From positions 2,934 through 66,933 of the forward strand of contig SYOX01000381.1 of the NCBI GenBank assembly GCA_005804885.1: 64,000 bases of DNA. Reading direction: 5' to 3'. Under the pieces are notes generated by a model that worked only from the letters and a program-made list of their open reading frames with translations, made no database searches and was not told the origin of the DNA. The position numbers and the translations under genes were made by a program. Positions 59,145 through 64,000 of this stretch are shown one piece after another (the first letter of the stretch is position 1; every line of letters begins with the position of its first letter). This DNA comes from Pseudomonadota bacterium. GTDB lineage: Bacteria > Myxococcota_A > Bradymonadia > Bradymonadales > GCA-2716585.

Positions 59145-60002
59145 ATGATCAACAGGCGCGACATCCTCAAGCTGGCCGCCGCGGGCGGCGCGGTCGGGGC
59201 GCTCGGCGCCATCGCGGGCTGCGAGCGGCCCCAGAGCGGCGGCGCAGCCCCAGGCGAGTCCCCCGAGGCGTCGGCGGCCGCGCCCGGCCCGGCGACGAGC
59301 CCCGATCCCTCCATCGGGGTCAGGAGGGCCGACGATCGCGGCACCTCCGATCGCGGCTGGCTCAAGGCGCGCTTCTCCTTCTCCTTCTCGGACTACGCCG
59401 ATCCCCGCTGGAGCTCCTTCGGGCCGCTCAGAGTCATCAACGAGGACCGCATCGCCTCTCAAGGGGGCTTCCCGCTGCACCCCCACCGCAACATGGAGAT
59501 CATCACCTACGTCCTCAAAGGCGCCCTGGAGCACAAGGACACCCTGGGCAACAGCGGCACCATCGAGCCTGGACAGGTGCAGTACATGAGCGCCGGCCAG
59601 GGCGTCCGGCACAGCGAGTTCAACACCTCCAGCGACACCACCCACCTCTACCAGATATGGCTGACCCCCTCCCAGGACGGCGGAGCGCCCGCCTACGGCA
59701 GCCGACACTTCGGCGACGAGCGCCACGGCGGCCTTCGCCTCATCGCCTCGCCGGCAGGCCGCGAGGGCTCCATCGCCATCCGACAGGACGCCGACCTCCA
59801 CGCCGCCATCCTCAAGCCCGGCGACGAGATCCTGCACGCGCTCGCCCCAGGCCGCCGCTTCTGGCTCCAGGTCGCGCGCGGCGCCCTCCGCCTCAACGGC
59901 CACCACCTCCTGACCGGCGACGGCGCCTTCTCCATCGACACCCCCGGCCTTGAGATCCAAGCCCTGGAGGGCTGCGAACTCCTCCTCTTCGACATGGCCT
60001 GA
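59145..60002 (+). CDS. Pirin-family protein with twin-arginine lipoprotein signal
   Basis: NRRDILK...IAG|C; FG.LRVINED, GF..HPH.NMEI.TYVL.G.L.H.D..GN, Q.MSAG.G..HSE.N, QIW. Confidence 0.9.
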   Translation: MINRRDILKLAAAGGAVGALGAIAGCERPQSGGAAPGESPEASAAAPGPATSPDPSIGVRRADDRGTSDRGWLKARFSFSFSDYADPRWSSFGPLRVINEDRIASQGGFPLHPHRNMEIITYVLKGALEHKDTLGNSGTIEPGQVQYMSAGQGVRHSEFNTSSDTTHLYQIWLTPSQDGGAPAYGSRHFGDERHGGLRLIASPAGREGSIAIRQDADLHAAILKPGDEILHALAPGRRFWLQVARGALRLNGHHLLTGDGAFSIDTPGLEIQALEGCELLLFDMA

Positions 60003-60051
60003 TCGATCCAAAAAACCCTTTATAATCAAAACTTACCAGGCTGAATCGGCG

Positions 60052-61542
60052 TCAGAATTCGAGGAAGCGGGCCATCAGCGTCTTCTCGCCGCCGAGATCA
60101 AAGGCAACGACGGCCTTGACCCCACCTTCCTTGAGCGCCTTGATCCTCCCGCGCCCGAAGGTCTTGTGGTGGACCTCGACGCCGACGGCCAGCGCGGGCT
60201 CAGAGGGGGGCTCGGGCGCCTCGGGCGGCGCGGCGCCCGCCGCGCGGAGGGCGTGGAGGATCATGCGGGCGTCGTTGATCCTGTGGACGTCGAGGGCCTC
60301 CGTGGCGATCTGCCACGGCGTCCTCCCCATCGGATCGAGCCTCGTCGCCGACGCGCCCGCCTCCAGCAGCAAGCGCGCGACCTTGTAGCAGCCCCTGGCG
60401 CTGGCCCTGTGGAGCGGGGTGCGCCCGTGGGCGTCGAGGGCGTCGGGGTCGGCGCTGGCCTCCAGCAGCATCGACGCGAAGTCGGGGTCCTTGAGCTCGG
60501 CGGCGGCGCTGAGCGCCAACGAGGGGTCTGCGCCGCCCTCGATCAACCGATGGAGGATCGCCATGCGCTGGTGGCGCTTGTCGTGCGGCGGCCCGGGCGG
60601 ATCGTAATCGGCCATCCAGAGCGTGGCCTCCATCGCCCTGTCGACGCACTTGCGGTTGTGGGGCAGCAGCGCCTCGACGCAGGCCAGCGACAACCCCAGC
60701 GCCGCCATCTCCAGCGGCATCCTCATCTCGCCGTGCTGCTCCACCCTGGCGAAGGCGTCGGCGCCCGCGGACAGCAGCGCCCTGAGGACCCCCAGGTGTC
60801 CGCCGATCGCGGCCCTCCCGAGCGCCTCCGCGTTGTCGGCGGGCCTGGCCCCCGCCGCGATGAGCTGCTCGACGACCTCCTTGTTGCCCCACGAGGCCGC
60901 CTGGGTCAGCAGGCTCCATTCGTAGGAGCGACCAAACCAGGCGATCTTGGGGCCGCCCCCAGGGCGCGCCCCGCCGCCGAGCAGCAGCCGGACAAGCTCC
61001 GGGCGAGTCGAGGCGTGGTCGATGGGGGCGTAGCCGGCCGCGCAGATCAGGTTCGGGTCGGCCCCGCGATGGAGCAAGGCCGCGATGAAGAGGGGCTGGC
61101 TGGCAAAGGTCGCGATGTGCAAGGCCGTCGAGCCGAAGCGATCCCTGCCGTCGATCGGCAACCCATGCTGGAGCAGCGCGTCGAGCACCTCCACGTCGCC
61201 AGCCCTCGACGCGGCGACGTGGATCAGCGTCCCGCGACCGCCGATCGACAGATCCGCGTGCTCCGGCAGGCCCTGCCAGATGGACACGACGTGCCCATCT
61301 CCGGCGCCCTCGTCGATCCTGGCGGGGTCGTGCGCGTCGGGATCGGCGCCGGCCTCAAGGAGCCTGCGGACCCAGTCCGCACGGCCAAACCACGTCGCGT
61401 GCCACAGGGGCGTCGCGCCATCCTGGCCGACCTCGTTGAGCCTGCCCTCCTCCAGCGCCCTCTGGAGGGCCTCCTCATCAAAGCGCGATGTCCACCCCAC
61501 GACGCATCCCCCCGCGAAGGGCAATTCCGCGAAACACCCCAA
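60052..61542 (-). CDS. Ankyrin-repeat protein with C-terminal UvrD/PcrA-type Tudor-like domain
   Basis: Many G.TPL..A...G....V..LL..GADP repeats; ends VG.EV.HKTFG.G.I.......VV.FD.GGEK.L.A.F. The start may be GTG at 61500. Confidence 0.85.
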   Translation of the reverse strand: MGCFAELPFAGGCVVGWTSRFDEEALQRALEEGRLNEVGQDGATPLWHATWFGRADWVRRLLEAGADPDAHDPARIDEGAGDGHVVSIWQGLPEHADLSIGGRGTLIHVAASRAGDVEVLDALLQHGLPIDGRDRFGSTALHIATFASQPLFIAALLHRGADPNLICAAGYAPIDHASTRPELVRLLLGGGARPGGGPKIAWFGRSYEWSLLTQAASWGNKEVVEQLIAAGARPADNAEALGRAAIGGHLGVLRALLSAGADAFARVEQHGEMRMPLEMAALGLSLACVEALLPHNRKCVDRAMEATLWMADYDPPGPPHDKRHQRMAILHRLIEGGADPSLALSAAAELKDPDFASMLLEASADPDALDAHGRTPLHRASARGCYKVARLLLEAGASATRLDPMGRTPWQIATEALDVHRINDARMILHALRAAGAAPPEAPEPPSEPALAVGVEVHHKTFGRGRIKALKEGGVKAVVAFDLGGEKTLMARFLEF

Positions 61543-61554
61543 GGTTTCAACAGC

Positions 61555-62505
61555 TTACCACAGCACACCCTCGATCGTGATCGCGTCCTCGGGCCAGACC
61601 GCGTGGACGCCCCGGACGCCGTTGACCACCTGGGTCAGCCTGAGATCGACCGCCACGCTGGCGAGCGCCAGCGCGTCGACCCGATCGACGCCCAGGCGGA
61701 TCACCATCCAGTCCAGCATCGCGCCCATCGCCATCGCGATCGCCGCGTCGAGATCCTCGGCCACGCCCACCGTCACCCAGCCCTGGCTCGTGCGCGCCAG
61801 CGGCGCGGTGAGCTTGAGATCCGACCGCAGCCCGACCCCCACGTCCACCCGCCGCATCGGGCACTCGATCGCCGATCCGCCGACCTCGCCGTCGCCCTGG
61901 CGCGCGTGGCCGTCCCCGATGGAGAAGAGCGCGCCCGGCACCCGGATGGGCAGCCAGAGGGTGCTGCCGGCCGTCAAGAGCTTGCAGTCCATGTTCCCGC
62001 CGCACGCTGAGGGGTGCCACCCCGTGCGATCCTCGCCGGGGCTCACGCCGACCGTGCCCATGAAGGGCGCCAGCGTCACCCGGTGGCCCTGCTCGTTGAT
62101 CCCGATCCCCGCGTCGGCGTCCAGCCGCCAGCGCATCATCCGCTCCGCGTCGGGCTCCATCCCCAGCGACGCGCGCAAGGCCCCCGTGAAGTGACCCGGC
62201 CCGACCCAGGTCCACCCCCAGTCCCCCGGCTCGATGGCCTCGAAGCGCAGCTCCAGCGCCATCCCCGGCTGCGCGCCCTTGACGGCCACCGGGCCGCACA
62301 TCGCCGGGCCGCCCTCGATCCCGATGTCTCTGGGCTCGATGATCCGCCTCGACCCGGCGTCGCGGTGCTGCTCAAGCCCCCATGTCACGTCCGGCGTCCG
62401 AAAGCGCACCGTGTCGCCCGGCTCCACGGTCAACACGGGCGCCATCTGCCGGGCGTAGCGCCCGTGGATGTTGCTCACGTCCGGCTCGAAGGTAAAAAGC
62501 GCCAT
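61555..62505 (-). CDS. Acetamidase/formamidase family protein
   Basis: PV..V.PGD.V...T.D, GPV.V.GA.PG, PFMG..G, GGNMD, FS.GDGH..QGDGE....AIE. Confidence 0.9.
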   Translation of the reverse strand: MALFTFEPDVSNIHGRYARQMAPVLTVEPGDTVRFRTPDVTWGLEQHRDAGSRRIIEPRDIGIEGGPAMCGPVAVKGAQPGMALELRFEAIEPGDWGWTWVGPGHFTGALRASLGMEPDAERMMRWRLDADAGIGINEQGHRVTLAPFMGTVGVSPGEDRTGWHPSACGGNMDCKLLTAGSTLWLPIRVPGALFSIGDGHARQGDGEVGGSAIECPMRRVDVGVGLRSDLKLTAPLARTSQGWVTVGVAEDLDAAIAMAMGAMLDWMVIRLGVDRVDALALASVAVDLRLTQVVNGVRGVHAVWPEDAITIEGVLW

Positions 62506-62569
62506 AATCTGTCAACTCCTTGCTCTGATCCGTGATTTCAAGCCCTGGTCCGTGATTTCTGGCAACTTC

Positions 62570-63028
62570 TCAGCCGGCCGAGTGCGCCAGCAGGTGCTTC
62601 TCCATGCGCGCCATGAGGCCCTGGAGATCCTTGGAGTGTCGATCCTCGACGCGCCCGAGCGTATACAAGGCCGCGAAAAAGAGGTTGTTGGGTTCGATGG
62701 TCATCTCAAAGGAGACGATCGTGCCGCCTGGCGCGCTCGCGAAGCGCCACGCGCCGGTCCCGGCGTGCCAGCCCTTGTGGTAGATCAGCTCGATGGCCTG
62801 ATCCTCGACAACCGCCACCACCTCCCAGCCCGTCCGGTTCAAGGGCGCGGGGGAGAACTCGACGCGGGCGCCGATCCGGGATGCGCTCCCGGTCGAGGTC
62901 GCTTCGACCTTGAAGCGGGCATCCCACCAGAGGGCGTATTCCTCGAAGCGGAGCGCGCACTCAAAGGCCCGGCCAGGAGGCACGGGGATGAGGCGCTCAT
63001 CGCGTCTTGAGAAGGTGCGCTCAAACAT
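62570..63028 (-). CDS. SRPBCC/START-like (polyketide cyclase) protein
   Basis: Y..WW..., G.G.W.F....GGT.V, C-terminal helix. Probable ATG at 63028 (the ORF track extends to 63133). Confidence 0.65.
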   Translation of the reverse strand: MFERTFSRRDERLIPVPPGRAFECALRFEEYALWWDARFKVEATSTGSASRIGARVEFSPAPLNRTGWEVVAVVEDQAIELIYHKGWHAGTGAWRFASAPGGTIVSFEMTIEPNNLFFAALYTLGRVEDRHSKDLQGLMARMEKHLLAHSAG

Positions 63029-63157
63029 GAGGGGGATGCCGAGCGCCAACCTTGGCACGACGCTCCATGCGTCAGACACGTCCTGGTCATCAGGCAAGGC
63101 CACACCCTGCCTTCGCGGCTTAGTTCTTGTCAACGGTGTGGATCAAGGGGTCTGGGA

Positions 63158-64000
63158 TCATTCAGGGAGGAGGGTCGCCGAGAGGGAGGCGCGGGCGATG
63201 TCATGGATGGGGACCTGATCGACGAGGTCGGCGAGGCCGAGGGCGCGCAGCAGGTAGGGAGGGTGACTCCTGAATCGCAAGCGGGCCTCGATCTGGAGGG
63301 GGCCGAGGGTCGCTTGCGTGGTCGGGATGAAGAGGGTGTAGGTGCGTGAGTAGCGGGGCGACAGGGCCGTGGAGGTGTGCTCGGTCGCGCGCCAGGAGAA
63401 GATCTCGGGTGAGCCCTCGGCGTTGACGAGGGAGGATCCGAGGGTGATCAGATCGGGGTCTCCGTAGGGATCGGTCGACGAGAAGTGATCGCGCAGGTCG
63501 CCGCCCTCGTCCAGGTGGCCGGTCTGGTAGATCACGGCGCCCTGCGCGTCCGTGACGGTGATCTCCAGCCAGAGCTGTCGGATGAAGGTCGTGCCGGTCG
63601 GCAGGCTGTGGGCGGAGATCCGGTTGGTGATCGTCGCCTGGAGGTCGACCTGGCCGCCGACCCGCGTGGCGGGCGAGGCGGCGAGGCGGAGCTCGGCGGC
63701 GCCGCCGAGGAGGGTCGCGATCTGGGCGCGGACGGTCTCCAGCTCGTCAGGGTCGGCGATGAAGCCCTCGACCAGCGGCAGGTCGACGCCCACGAAGCGG
63801 TGCTCGTGGATCACGGGGCGATCCGGGCCGTCGGTGGCCGCCTTACCGGCGCGCGTCGGCATGTGGCAGCGCTGGCAGGGCTGCTCCTGCTCCGCCGCCT
63901 CGGATTCCAGCCACTCGGCGTATGGCCGCTCCAGGTGGAGGCCGTCGGACTCGATGACGTCGTGGCAGCTCCCGCACAGCAGGGCCCCCTGGAAGAGCGG
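63158..64000 (-). CDS. Multiheme c-type cytochrome (c554/c-prime-like), N-terminus beyond the window
   Basis: The frame is open to the window edge: ...LCGSCHDV...PYAEW.......CQRCHMP...H.F.G, then H.LPTG...RQLWL. Confidence 0.85.
   Translation of the reverse strand, partial: PLFQGALLCGSCHDVIESDGLHLERPYAEWLESEAAEQEQPCQRCHMPTRAGKAATDGPDRPVIHEHRFVGVDLPLVEGFIADPDELETVRAQIATLLGGAAELRLAASPATRVGGQVDLQATITNRISAHSLPTGTTFIRQLWLEITVTDAQGAVIYQTGHLDEGGDLRDHFSSTDPYGDPDLITLGSSLVNAEGSPEIFSWRATEHTSTALSPRYSRTYTLFIPTTQATLGPLQIEARLRFRSHPPYLLRALGLADLVDQVPIHDIARASLSATLLPE

Overview
A high-GC bacterial window, densely coding, with about 44 plausible CDS. The gene content points to Myxococcota or a Bradymonadia-like deltaproteobacterium: Cys-rich lipoproteins, a Ser/Thr kinase-FHA-sigma54 cluster and PrkA. 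I found no rRNA, tRNA, CRISPR array, integrase or transposase. The most striking elements are these. (1) A 1,677-aa secreted protein made almost entirely of a 15-18-aa 'hydrophobic-P-L-aromatic / acidic loop' repeat, behind a consensus sigma54 promoter. (2) Two tandem giant Ig-repeat surface proteins sharing an unfamiliar ~560-aa C-terminal module. One is lipid-anchored. The other is not, and carries six fibrinogen-like/C-type-lectin (EPN) modules inserted inside its first Ig repeat. Together they are a candidate two-part stalk + lectin-tip adhesin. (3) A PBP1C-like protein with intact glycosyltransferase motifs but all three transpeptidase motifs altered. (4) Odd fusions: ankyrin + UvrD/PcrA-type Tudor, and a Tat-lipoprotein pirin. 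(5) A REP-like palindrome cluster at a sharp C-to-G skew switch. All assignments come from reading motifs by eye; no database searches were run.
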